From positions 5,824,001 through 5,888,000 of the forward strand of contig OZ244561.1 of assembly GCA_965217585.1 (NCBI GenBank): a DNA stretch of 64,000 nucleotides, read 5' to 3'. The notes beneath the pieces are model-generated. The model worked only from the letters and a program-made list of their open reading frames with translations. It was not told the DNA's origin and ran no database searches. This document shows, one piece after another, positions 49,483 through 60,815 of this stretch. This DNA is from Candidatus Latescibacterota bacterium (GTDB lineage: Bacteria > Latescibacterota > UBA2968 > UBA8231). Each line of letters begins with the position of its first letter. Within the stretch, counting starts at the first letter, position 1. The position numbers and the translations under genes are program-made.

Positions 49483-51383
49483 GAGGCTTGTTCCTCCCAC
49501 ATGGCAGCGTACACGCCGCCCTTTGCCACTAAGTCGTCGTGATGTCCTTCCTCGACGATGCGCCCACCCTTGAGAACGAGAATGCGGTCGGCCATGCGGG
49601 CCGAGCCCAGCCGATGGCTGATCAATAGAGCGGTGCGGCCGGCGAGCAGGTCGCCGAACTGCCGGTACACCTCGGCCTCGGCCATGGGGTCTAAAGCTGC
49701 GGTTGGCTCGTCGAGGATCAGCAACTCGGGCTGGCGGATGAATGCGCGGGCAATGGCGAAGCGCTGCCACTCGCCCCCGGAAAGCCCTTGTCCGCCATCG
49801 AGGACGTGTCCTATGGGGGTGTCGTAGCCTTGGGGCAGGCGCGCGGCGATGGCATCGGCTCCGGCTCGTCGCGCCGCGTTTTCTACTACCGCTGGATCGG
49901 GTGGCAGCCACGCTGGCCACAGGTCATTCTCCCGGTCGCTACCGCCGGTTCCGAGGGCGCCGATTCCGATTGACTGGGAGGCCGTGAGTTCAAAGTTGAA
50001 GAAGTCCTGGAACGCAGCGCTGACCGCGCCTGCCAAGCTCGTCCGGTCGATCTCGTCGTAGCAGATGCCGTCCACCGCGATCTCGCCCGATGTTGGTTGG
50101 TACAGACCCAACAGGAGCTTGGCGAGGGTCGATTTTCCCGCGCCGTTCTCGCCGACGAGGGCCACTCGTTCTCCTGGCTTGAGGCGCAGGTTCACTCCTC
50201 GCAGGACGGGACGGGGGTTCTCGGCTTTGGTAGCACTCGCTGCTGGATAGGCGAACCAGACATCTTCGACGGCAAACCCCTCGCGCAGCGGTTTGGGAAA
50301 GGGCCGGGTTGGTTCGCGGTCGGCTGGTGGTTGTTGCAGCCAAGCGCTGTCGTCCTCGGGCAGGTCGAGAAACTCGCGCACATAGCTGATTTCGGCGTTT
50401 TGGTTTTGCAGTGTCATCGAATGGTAGCCTAGGCTGGAACCGGCTCCCAGCATGTCGTCCACTCCCCGGAATAGGGCGACAAAGCGGCCGGACGTGAGGA
50501 GCCGGTCGCCGAGAAAATAGGCCAAAGCAACGGCGACGCCGGCCGAGACGCCGGTGCGCAAGCCGGCGACGGGAAGCTCTCGTCGGACCAGTTGCTTTTG
50601 TTGTCGCCAGAGTTGATCTCGCAATGCCCGGCGCATGGCCTGCCACCACTGGCTCAGCGTCTGATGGAGGGCAAAGAGGCGCATCTCTTTTTGTTCGTCC
50701 CGCCCGGTGAGAATCCCATCGACGTAGTCAGCCCGGCGCATTTCCTCGGTCTGGCCGTAGGTGAAGCTCATGAATCGCCGGCTTTGTTCGATGGACATTC
50801 GGATCTGCGGTACCAGTACAATTAGAAGAGTTAGTGAGATCCACAGAGAGACTGGGGCGAACATGGCCGTAATGGAAAGGACTCGGATGCCGGCTTGGAA
50901 TGTAAGCATGGCCGAGAAGAAGAACCGATCGACCGTGCGCCCCGGATTCTTGGCGCGCTCCAGCCGGTCGTAAAACGCGCTTACCTCAAAGAAGACGAGT
51001 GGCAGCCGGGATGCCTTGGCTAGAAAGCGTTGGCCCAACGCGTGCTCAAGGTTCTGTTCGAGCCGCAGGTGGAGCGCATCCCGAATCTGCCACTGCACAT
51101 CGCTGGTGAGCAGGAGCACGAGCCCAAATGCTATAAGCCACGGCAGAGTCTGTTCAAAGCCAGCGCCCCCTGCACCGGCGGAGGCGACAACAGTGTCGAT
51201 GAGATGCTGGGTTATGTAGATGAGCAGCGCGGGCTGGATGCCTAGGAGTATTTGTACGGCGACGATGCCCAAGGCCGGTGCCCGCCCATGTTCCCAGATG
51301 TGGGCGAGGGTCCAGCGCAGGTTGGTCCATAGGGTCGCCGCGCTCGCACGCCGGTTCCAGAACTCGGGATCGCTTCTCGGCAA
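49470..51383 (-). CDS. ABC exporter, fused permease/ATPase (probable heterodimer partner)
   Basis: GENGAGKS, LSGGEWQR, LDEPT; AAGGAGG RBS before TTG. Confidence 0.9.
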   Translation of the reverse strand: MPRSDPEFWNRRASAATLWTNLRWTLAHIWEHGRAPALGIVAVQILLGIQPALLIYITQHLIDTVVASAGAGGAGFEQTLPWLIAFGLVLLLTSDVQWQIRDALHLRLEQNLEHALGQRFLAKASRLPLVFFEVSAFYDRLERAKNPGRTVDRFFFSAMLTFQAGIRVLSITAMFAPVSLWISLTLLIVLVPQIRMSIEQSRRFMSFTYGQTEEMRRADYVDGILTGRDEQKEMRLFALHQTLSQWWQAMRRALRDQLWRQQKQLVRRELPVAGLRTGVSAGVAVALAYFLGDRLLTSGRFVALFRGVDDMLGAGSSLGYHSMTLQNQNAEISYVREFLDLPEDDSAWLQQPPADREPTRPFPKPLREGFAVEDVWFAYPAASATKAENPRPVLRGVNLRLKPGERVALVGENGAGKSTLAKLLLGLYQPTSGEIAVDGICYDEIDRTSLAGAVSAAFQDFFNFELTASQSIGIGALGTGGSDRENDLWPAWLPPDPAVVENAARRAGADAIAARLPQGYDTPIGHVLDGGQGLSGGEWQRFAIARAFIRQPELLILDEPTAALDPMAEAEVYRQFGDLLAGRTALLISHRLGSARMADRILVLKGGRIVEEGHHDDLVAKGGVYAAMWEEQASWYR

Positions 51384-51410
51384 GCATTCCTCCTTAGCTG
51401 AAAAGCGACA

Positions 51411-51506
51411 ACTAGCGCGGGAGTACGGTAACTTCCACCTCGTCGATGACGACAGCCCCTTCGGGGAGGCCGGAGAAGAGCAAGCGGACGCCGAGGGCAT
51501 TGTCGC
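51411..51506 (-). repeat. Diverged duplicate of the 3' 96 bp (52365-52460) of the GHL10-like gene
   Basis: 89/96 identity; DNALGVRLLFSGLPEGAVVIDEVEVTVLPR* versus ...EGTVVIDELEVTVLPR*. Confidence 0.94.
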
Positions 51507-51532
51507 TGGCTTTGCCCTTCCTTAGGCGGCCG

Positions 51533-51985
51533 TCAGTTTTCCAGCCACGCCTCAATCTCGGTCTTGGTCCGTGCCCACGTTGACGCCAACCCATTCACCA
51601 GATCACGCATCTCTTCCCAGTGCAGCACATATGCGTAGGCTTGCCGGAAGAAGTGCCGGAAGGCGAGGTATGCCTGCAAGGACTCCTTGGTTTCTTTGGA
51701 GATGAGGGAAGGGCGCAAGTCCGTGGCTGCGGCGACTTGGTCCAGCAGGTCCCTATGCCACCGATCTCCCGAAGGCACTTGCTCATCAACGCGCTTGGCT
51801 ACAGTGAGGAAAATACCCTCTAGGCCGGTATAGAACGAATGAAGTACCGATCCCAGTGCAGTCCTCTCAACAATGCTAGGCTCAGTCTTCGCCGACTTGT
51901 CGAGCAATTCCGAGAACTCCGCAAACAGATCCTCAATCTGCAGAATCTCAGAGCGGAGTTGATCGCGCACGATATCACCCAACAT
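51533..51985 (-). CDS. HEPN-domain (HepT-like) toxin
   Basis: LHSFYTGLEGIF, WHRDLL, FRHFFRQAY. Confidence 0.85.
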   Translation of the reverse strand: MLGDIVRDQLRSEILQIEDLFAEFSELLDKSAKTEPSIVERTALGSVLHSFYTGLEGIFLTVAKRVDEQVPSGDRWHRDLLDQVAAATDLRPSLISKETKESLQAYLAFRHFFRQAYAYVLHWEEMRDLVNGLASTWARTKTEIEAWLEN

Positions 51986-52286
51986 GGACAAGCAGCCAGT
52001 GTTTCTGTAGGAAACCAACTAGGCGGGACTCCCGGTCCAAATCGACCAAATCCACGGGGTGTTCCAGTTCAGTCAGTAATTCCCCGAGCAGTGAGAAGAA
52101 GCGCCCCGGCTGACAGCCACGGACCGCTAGGTCTATATCTGATCCCTTTCGAGGGCGACCTTCGGCTACAGAGCCAAACACATGAACCTCGCTGCAACCG
52201 CCTTTTCTGAGAATCTGTACCGCACGTTCGATGTCGGCCCGGTACTCCTCTGGAAAAATCTGCAATTTTGCGGTTTGTTCAGTCAT
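51975..52286 (-). CDS. Minimal nucleotidyltransferase (MntA-like) antitoxin
   Basis: FGSVAEG...SDIDLAV...VDLVDL. Confidence 0.88.
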   Translation of the reverse strand: MTEQTAKLQIFPEEYRADIERAVQILRKGGCSEVHVFGSVAEGRPRKGSDIDLAVRGCQPGRFFSLLGELLTELEHPVDLVDLDRESRLVGFLQKHWLLVHVG

Positions 52287-52365
52287 ACTCTCCAGTTCCT
52301 CCCGACGCAGTTGGAAACCGTTATAGTAATCCAATAAGCTCTATCGCACATGACTAGCTAAAAAA

Positions 52366-53940
52366 CTAGCGCGGCAGCACGGTAACTTCCAATTCGTCGA
52401 TGACGACAGTTCCTTCGGGGAGGCCGGAGAACAGCAAGCGGACGCCGAGGGCATTGTCGCCGTTGCATATAGGCGGCGACGACAGATCGATGATGCAGGT
52501 TGTATGCGCGGGGAGCGGCCGTCCCTGATTTGGGTGCCGGCCGTCGCTGTGCCAGATGTGGCGCACCCTGTCGGCGGGGATGGCCGTGCCGTTGATATCG
52601 ACTTCAATCTGATCATAAGGCCCCAAGCCCGTAGCGCGGAAGAACAGCTTGGCGAAGACGATCTCGTCGAAGTTTTCGTACAGGCGAAAATGATACTGCC
52701 CATAAGGCTGCTTCTCGGTCCGCTCAAGCAGGATATTGTCGTCCCTGACGATCCCACCTGCGGTCATGCCCGGGGAGCCAAAGGCCATAGAACCGCCCCA
52801 CATGGGGTGAAAGAGATAGTGCCGAGCGCCAGCGGCAATTTTGGCCGGATCCCGCAGGTCTCGCAGGTAGCTAAGGGCTAGGGGATACATGGCCTCCGAC
52901 CCTGGATCTCGGGTCGATTTCCAGAAGGCATCCCAGTGCATCTGAAAATTGTACATGGAGACCCCATCGGCACCTTGGCGGGCAAACGAGTGGGCCAAGG
53001 CGCGGTAGTTTTCGAGCGTCAACGGCGGCCCGGTGCGGTCGAGGTTGGCGCAATAGGGGAGGAGGCCGGGGATGAGTTCGCACTTGGTGGCCTTGGTGAG
53101 TTGGCTGAATTCTTGGTGTGGAGCGTTGCAATCCGAATACATGGCATCTTGGGGAGCGACGTAGTCGATGAGCGCTTCCGCTATCCAAGTGGGCACATCG
53201 AGACCGCAGTTGTGGCACTCCTCCAACGCCTCCGGGACGCGGACCCCCAACACTAGGTCGCGGCCTCGGCTGCTTCCGGCTTGGTCGAGCATGTCCCGCA
53301 CTCGCCGGATCAATTCAGTCATAAGCGGTTGGCGCTCGCGCGCTAGGCTTCTATCGCCTTGGGGGGCCGGAAAGTAAAGACCTTCGCGGAAGACCAGCTC
53401 AAGCCCATCTACGTCGAATTGATCGACGACCTCCTTCATCACTGAAAAGAGGTAATCGCGCACCCCATCAAAGGTGAAATCCATCCTGTTGCCGGGAACG
53501 AAGGCCATGCCCTGTGGCATCTCCGCAATTTTCCACTGTGGGTTCTTGTGGAGAAACATCCCTCCTTGGTCGGGCGCGCCGTGGCTGTCGTTCATGCGAA
53601 AACCAGCGAGAAAATTCATCCCGTGCTTGCGCGCTTGGTCGAGCATCACCTGCAGCGGCATGATCCCGTCGTCCATCATGGGAATAAAGCGCCGGTGCTG
53701 GGGACGGGCGTCGTACTCGAAGCGCGGGGAGCGAAAGTACAAGGTCCAGCCGGCGTTATAGACCTCTTGGATAAAGGTATCGGGCCTGTTGGCGGCGACG
53801 TTGTCGATTATGCGCCGCAACTCCTCCGGCTTGGCGGGGTGTGAGGTGATGAGGGGACGCGCTTTGCCCGGGTCAAAGTCGTAGTTGGCATTGCCCGAGG
53901 GGTCGCTGACGTAGATGAGCCTCCATTTGTCGTGCGGCAT
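52366..53940 (-). CDS. GHL10/DUF187-like putative glycosyl hydrolase
   Basis: GFRMNDSH, DGLELVFR, GADGVSMYN. Confidence 0.68.
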   Translation of the reverse strand: MPHDKWRLIYVSDPSGNANYDFDPGKARPLITSHPAKPEELRRIIDNVAANRPDTFIQEVYNAGWTLYFRSPRFEYDARPQHRRFIPMMDDGIMPLQVMLDQARKHGMNFLAGFRMNDSHGAPDQGGMFLHKNPQWKIAEMPQGMAFVPGNRMDFTFDGVRDYLFSVMKEVVDQFDVDGLELVFREGLYFPAPQGDRSLARERQPLMTELIRRVRDMLDQAGSSRGRDLVLGVRVPEALEECHNCGLDVPTWIAEALIDYVAPQDAMYSDCNAPHQEFSQLTKATKCELIPGLLPYCANLDRTGPPLTLENYRALAHSFARQGADGVSMYNFQMHWDAFWKSTRDPGSEAMYPLALSYLRDLRDPAKIAAGARHYLFHPMWGGSMAFGSPGMTAGGIVRDDNILLERTEKQPYGQYHFRLYENFDEIVFAKLFFRATGLGPYDQIEVDINGTAIPADRVRHIWHSDGRHPNQGRPLPAHTTCIIDLSSPPICNGDNALGVRLLFSGLPEGTVVIDELEVTVLPR

Positions 53941-53992
53941 CTTGTCCTCCTTTATAGACCTTTGAGTTGATTACCGGGGCGAGTACAAAAAC

Positions 53993-54041
53993 AGAAGCGG
54001 ATCTTAGACGCAAGTTGTGTGCTTGTTCTAGATCCGCTTCT
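53993..54041. terminator. Long hairpin downstream of tRNA-Ala
   Basis: AGAAGCGGATCT...AGATCCGCTTCT 12-bp stem, followed by GTTTTT on the minus strand. Confidence 0.6.
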
Positions 54042-54055
54042 CTGTTACAGTTAAA

Positions 54056-54131
54056 TGGTGGAGCTGATCGGGATCGAACCGACGACCTCAGGCTTGCAAA
54101 GCCCGCGCTCTCCCAGCTGAGCTACAGCCCC
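54056..54131 (-). tRNA. tRNA-Ala (TGC)
   Basis: GGGGCTGTAGCTCAGCTGGGAGAGCGCGGGCTTTGCAAGCCTGAGGTCGTCGGTTCGATCCCGATCAGCTCCACCA; cloverleaf, G3:U70, encoded CCA. Confidence 0.97.
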
Positions 54132-54137
54132 ATATCT

Positions 54138-54338
54138 TTAATTCCCTCCCCCTTTCAGAGCCACAAACAAAGAGACCACACTCCCGAGGATGACGAGGAA
54201 GCCGGTCACCTGAATGCCGACAATCCAACGAAAATCTCGGCGATACTCTAGGAGGAGTTGACTCAATTGTTCAGAAATCCCTTCTAATTTTGCAATGCGC
54301 TCGGCGTGGGTGATGACGCGCTCGGTGGGTTCGGTCAT
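54138..54338 (-). CDS. Small coiled-coil + C-terminal TM protein
   Basis: ERIAKLEG...FRWIVGIQ TM pattern (XhlA/CCDC90-like). Confidence 0.65.
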   Translation of the reverse strand: MTEPTERVITHAERIAKLEGISEQLSQLLLEYRRDFRWIVGIQVTGFLVILGSVVSLFVALKGGGN

Positions 54339-54391
54339 AACGGCGACGTTCTTTCTGTAAACTCGATTTCGAGCTTACTTTAAGAGTTAAA

Positions 54392-54420
54392 AAAATAGGC
54401 AGCGCGACTCGCTGCGTCAA
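54392..54420 (-). promoter_or_regulatory. Putative sigma70 promoter for the small ORF and tRNA-Ala
   Basis: TTGACG-N17-TATTTT. Confidence 0.5.
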
Positions 54421-54438
54421 CGAAATAGAGGTGAAACC

Positions 54439-55620
54439 ATGGCAGATCCAGTTGTAGTCAGCGCCCGGCGCACGGCCACAGGCCGCTTTGGTGGTGCGCT
54501 GCAAGACGTGACGGCGGCGGAGTTGGGCGGCAAGGTGCTCGCCGCTGCATTGACGGAGAGCCAAGTGGAAGCACGCGAAGTAGATGAAGTGCTGATGGGC
54601 ATGGTGTATCAGGGCGGGGCCGGGGCCAATCCGGCGCGCCAGGCGGCCATCGCTGCCGGACTGCCGTACGAGGTGCCGTCAATGACGGTCAACAAACTCT
54701 GCGGCTCGGGGCTGAAGGCGATTGCGCTGGCTGCGCAAGCCTTGCGGGCCGGCGAGGCCGAGGTGGTGCTGGCGGGGGGCATGGAGAATATGAGCCAAGC
54801 ACCCTACGTCCTGCACGGGGGGCGATGGGGACAGCGACTGGGGCACGGCCAAGTCGAGGACATGCTACTGCTCGATGGGCTGTGGGATTGTTTTTACGAC
54901 TGCCACATGGGGGTTACGGCCGAAAACTTGGCCGCAGAATACGGGATTACCCGCGCCGAACAGGACCAATTCGCCGCGCGGAGTCAACAGCGGTGGGCCA
55001 GTGCCCAAGAACAGGAGGCGTTTGCAGGCCAGATTGTGCCAATAGCCATCGCGCAAAAAGGCGGGGAGACCGTCTTTGCAACAGATGAGCATCCGCGTCC
55101 TAGTACCACCGTCGAGCAGCTAAGTCAGCTCAAACCAGCGTTCAAGAAAGATGGGACCGTGACCGCGGGCAATGCTTCGGGCATCAACGATGGGGCCGCC
55201 GCGCTGCTGTTAATGACCGAAGAGGGGGCCAAGGCGCGCGGGCTGGTTCCGCTGGCCTATCTCCGGGGGACGGCCAGTGCTGGCGTCGATCCCCGCATTA
55301 TGGGTATCGGCCCGGCACCAGCGATCCGCAAGCTGTTGGCTCAGACCGGTACCCGGCTAGAAGACGTAGATGGAATCGAACTCAACGAAGCCTTTGCTGC
55401 CCAGAGCTTGGCCGTGGGTCGGGAGCTGGATTGGGACTGGGATAAGGTCAACGTCCAAGGCGGGGCCATTGCTATGGGCCACGCTGTCGGCGCCAGTGGC
55501 GCGCGCATCGCCACCACGCTTTTGCACCAGATGCAGCAGCGCAGCGTCAGGCTGGGTATAGCTGCGCTGTGCATTGGCGGAGGGATGGGCATTGCTGCCC
55601 TCTTCGAGCGAGTGGAATAA
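54439..55620 (+). CDS. atoB: Acetyl-CoA C-acetyltransferase (thiolase)
   Basis: [39 protein letters not shown]. Confidence 0.93.
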   Translation: MADPVVVSARRTATGRFGGALQDVTAAELGGKVLAAALTESQVEAREVDEVLMGMVYQGGAGANPARQAAIAAGLPYEVPSMTVNKLCGSGLKAIALAAQALRAGEAEVVLAGGMENMSQAPYVLHGGRWGQRLGHGQVEDMLLLDGLWDCFYDCHMGVTAENLAAEYGITRAEQDQFAARSQQRWASAQEQEAFAGQIVPIAIAQKGGETVFATDEHPRPSTTVEQLSQLKPAFKKDGTVTAGNASGINDGAAALLLMTEEGAKARGLVPLAYLRGTASAGVDPRIMGIGPAPAIRKLLAQTGTRLEDVDGIELNEAFAAQSLAVGRELDWDWDKVNVQGGAIAMGHAVGASGARIATTLLHQMQQRSVRLGIAALCIGGGMGIAALFERVE

Positions 55621-55689
55621 GCGCGGGCCGGGCGCGGCGCGTCTCGTTCGTCCGCCGACTGCACCCGCCTGCCCGCGCACATTCCTTGC

Positions 55690-56091
55690 TCAAGCCGCTC
55701 GGAGGGCGGTTTCTTCCTGCACGTTTTCCTCTAGCGTGTCTTCCTCATCTTTTTCCAGAACTTGCAGGTTCCGCACCTGCACTTGGACGCGGAAGTGGGG
55801 CTGGTCGGCGTCGTCTCGCCAAGAATGGCTTTGCAGACGGCCGGTGATAAAGACCGGCGTGCCCTTGTGCAGGCGTTTGGCCAAGGTCTCGGCCGCTTTC
55901 TGCCAGAGGATGATGTCGAAGAAGGAGGTCTCCTCTTGCCATTCTTGCTTGCGGTCGCGATAGGAGCGGTTGACGGCGACCCGCCCCCGGAGGCGGGCGG
56001 CGCCGTTGTCCATGAAGCGGAAGTCGGGCTCTTGCACCAAGCGGCCGCTGAGGGCGACTTGGTTGATGTTGGGCATCCTTAGGGTCGGCAT
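55690..56091 (-). CDS. ssb: Single-stranded DNA-binding protein (short, no DDDIPF-type tip)
   Basis: NQVALSGRL...KGTPVFITGRLQ OB fold; AGGAGG RBS. Confidence 0.9.
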   Translation of the reverse strand: MPTLRMPNINQVALSGRLVQEPDFRFMDNGAARLRGRVAVNRSYRDRKQEWQEETSFFDIILWQKAAETLAKRLHKGTPVFITGRLQSHSWRDDADQPHFRVQVQVRNLQVLEKDEEDTLEENVQEETALRAA

Positions 56092-56150
56092 GAAGTTCCT
56101 CCTGATAGATGAGTGAGGCGTCCGTTGGCGGACCGCATGACTATGGCGTT

Positions 56151-56166
56151 AGCAGAAAGTGTGCCA
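56151..56166 (-). promoter_or_regulatory. Putative sigma54 (-24/-12) promoter upstream of ssb
   Basis: TGGCACACTTTCTGCT has GG-N10-GC spacing, about 60 bp upstream of the start. Confidence 0.55.
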
Positions 56167-56265
56167 GCGAGCCGCCTGCACGCTCAATGGTTTGTTCGGC
56201 AATTCGTTATATAGGTTGTTTGACGAGCCGCGATAAGAGGCAATTGCCCCAAATGGGATACACTG

Positions 56266-57729
56266 ATGAGTAACGAAGGAAACGCGAAGAGCCTAGCGCA
56301 GCACTTTACGCCCGCAGCGGTAGCGCAACTGGCTTGGGACGCGGTGCGCACGCTCGCGGGAAAAGAGTTGGGTGCCGGTGCGCGCGTGATCGATCCAGCC
56401 GCGGGCGAAGGGGCGTTGTTGGCCGTGGTCGGACGAGCCTATCAGACCACGGGCATTGAGATCGACGAGGGGCTAGCCGAGCGGGGGCGCAGTCAAGCGG
56501 ATCGGTTTTACACCGGAGACGGCTTGCTCGGCACCTTTCCCGAGGTGGCGGACGAGTCGTTCGATTGCGTGTTGGCCAATCCGCCTTTTGGCAAGTTGGG
56601 GACGATGCTGCCCTTGTTGGGGGTGGATGGCTCTCGTCGGCTCGCCCAGCGCTTTAGGCTCCTCGATGGACAAAAGCAGATGCGCACCTTCCCGGTGGAG
56701 TCGCTTTTTGTCGAGCGCGCACTGCAACTGACTCGGCCCGCTGGTTGGATGGCCCTGATATTGCCCGAGGGGTTCTTCGCCAATGCTCGGCGGCAGGGCA
56801 TGCGCGACTGGTTGCTCGCGCGCGCTGAGGTGCGAGCCGTCGTCGCCCTGCCTGGAGCCTTCAACAAGGTGCAGACGGCCTTAGTCGTCTTGTGCTGCAG
56901 CCAGCCGCTGGCCCGGACCAAGACGCGGCTGATCGCACCGGCTGGGAAGAGGCCGAGCGTGGAGCAGTACGCGCAGCGCACCCAACTCTTGCTCGGTGCG
57001 CCAGCCCGCCGCGGGCCGGAGGCCGCGCTCCTGAGCGTAGGGCAGTGCGCGCTGTGCGCCCGGCGTTGGGACCCGCGCTTCTGGCAAGGGCGCGCCGCCG
57101 TGCGCCGCATGGCGGGCCGCTTGCGGCTGGTCCCGTTGGGGGAGTACATCTGCCATTTGACATACGGGCCGATTGTCACAGGCAGCCGCCCTCAGCACGT
57201 AGAGGCCGGAGTGCCGGTCATCCGGCAGGGCGACATCGCCGAAACCGGTCTCGACGCGCGCGCGCTTTTGTGCGTCGCGCCCGCAGGTACGCACGATCCT
57301 CCACGCAGCCGCGTGTGCCCCGGGGACTTGCTGTTGCCGCGGTCTGGAGCCGGGGCCTTGGGCCGGAACCGCCTCGCGGTCTATTTGGGGAGCGGGCCGG
57401 CTAATGTGGGCTGTTTTGTCGATCTGATTCGGTTGGAGGGGCTCAATCCGTTTTACGCTTGGTTTTTTTTGAAGACGCGGCTGGGCCGCGAGCAGATCGC
57501 CGCGCAGGCCAACGGAGTGGGTACGCCGAATATCAGCTTTGGCGAAATTCGCGCGTTGCAGATTGCGGCCTTGCCCTCGGCCCATCAGGAAGCACTCGAA
57601 AGGCGCTATCGGGAGCAAGTGTGGCCCCTGCACTGCCGCCGCGAGCGTGCGGAAATTCGCGCCGAGGCAGAGCGGCGCTTCCGCGCCATCGTCGGCGAGC
57701 TAGAAGACTACCTGCAGACGCGACATTAA
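56266..57729 (+). CDS. N6-adenine DNA methyltransferase fused to a type I-like target recognition domain
   Basis: QHFTP, DPAAGEG (motif I), NPPF (motif IV), ILPEG; C-terminal GDLLLPRSG...PNISFGEIRALQI. Confidence 0.85.
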   Translation: MSNEGNAKSLAQHFTPAAVAQLAWDAVRTLAGKELGAGARVIDPAAGEGALLAVVGRAYQTTGIEIDEGLAERGRSQADRFYTGDGLLGTFPEVADESFDCVLANPPFGKLGTMLPLLGVDGSRRLAQRFRLLDGQKQMRTFPVESLFVERALQLTRPAGWMALILPEGFFANARRQGMRDWLLARAEVRAVVALPGAFNKVQTALVVLCCSQPLARTKTRLIAPAGKRPSVEQYAQRTQLLLGAPARRGPEAALLSVGQCALCARRWDPRFWQGRAAVRRMAGRLRLVPLGEYICHLTYGPIVTGSRPQHVEAGVPVIRQGDIAETGLDARALLCVAPAGTHDPPRSRVCPGDLLLPRSGAGALGRNRLAVYLGSGPANVGCFVDLIRLEGLNPFYAWFFLKTRLGREQIAAQANGVGTPNISFGEIRALQIAALPSAHQEALERRYREQVWPLHCRRERAEIRAEAERRFRAIVGELEDYLQTRH

Positions 57730-57804
57730 TAGGCAAGTACGCAGGTCATTCGTTCCTACGTAGCTCTATCGCCAACGGCCATCGAATCGTATTATTATCA
57801 TACC

Positions 57805-59861
<2,057 letters not shown>

Positions 59862-59865
<4 letters not shown>

Positions 59866-60815
59866 GCAAGCGCAAGACCGCAGACGACATGTTGCAATTA
59901 GTGGGGGACACGCCTCTCGTGCGCCTCTACCGCGTCGTGCCCGCCAACGGCAGCCAGCTTTACGGCAAACTCGAAGCGCGCAATCCAACCGGCAGCGTCA
60001 AAGACCGCATCGGCGTTAGCATGATCCGCGCCGCCGAGGCAGCCGGCCAGCTCAAAAAGGGCATGACCATCGTCGAGCCTACCAGCGGCAATACCGGAAT
60101 TGCGCTGGCCCTCGCCGCGGCCGTACTGGGCTACCGGCTGGTGCTGACCATGCCCGAGAGCATGAGCTTGGAGCGGCGGCAAGTCATGGCTAGTTACGGT
60201 GCGGAGATCGAGTTGACGCCCGCAGCCGAAGACATGCCCGGGGCCATCCGCAAGGCCGAAGAGCTCAAGGCCGCCGATCCCGAGGGCGTGTTTATTCCGC
60301 AGCAATTTGCCAACTTGGCCAACCCGGAGGCCCATCGCCAGACTACGGCCGAGGAGATCCTCGCGGCCACCGGAGGCGAACTAGACGCCTTTGTCGCCGG
60401 GGTAGGGACTGGCGGCACCATAACCGGCGTTGGGGAGGTGCTCAAGCAGGCTGTGCCAGACGTGCGCGTAGTGGCGGTCGAGCCTAAGCGCTCGCCCGTG
60501 CTTTCAGGGGGGGCAGCCGACTTGCACGGCATTCAGGGGATTGGCGCGGGTTTTGTCCCCGAAGTCCTCGACCGGGAATTGATCGACCAGATCGTGCAGA
60601 TAGACGACGAAGAGGCCTTTCACTACACCCGCCGCTTGGCCCGTGAGGAAGGGTTGCTGTTGGGGCCTTCGTCTGGGGCTAATGTGGCGGCTAGTTTGCA
60701 GGTGGCCAGTGCTCTAGGCCTGGAGGCCCGTCTGGTGACCATGCTTTGCGATACGGGGTTTCGCTATTTCAGCGTCGATGGGTTTATTGACTCAGGAGAA
60801 TCAGCGCAGGAGTAA
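59862..60815 (+). CDS. cysK: Cysteine synthase A
   Basis: [31 protein letters not shown]. Confidence 0.92.

Noticed and set aside
54056-54131. tRNA-Ala as an integration site for a genomic island
   Set aside because: I found no duplicate of the tRNA 3' end and no tyrosine or serine integrase in the window
56266-57729. Complete restriction-modification or BREX/DISARM defence system
   Set aside because: No nuclease, helicase or other defence gene is adjacent; the neighbours are housekeeping genes
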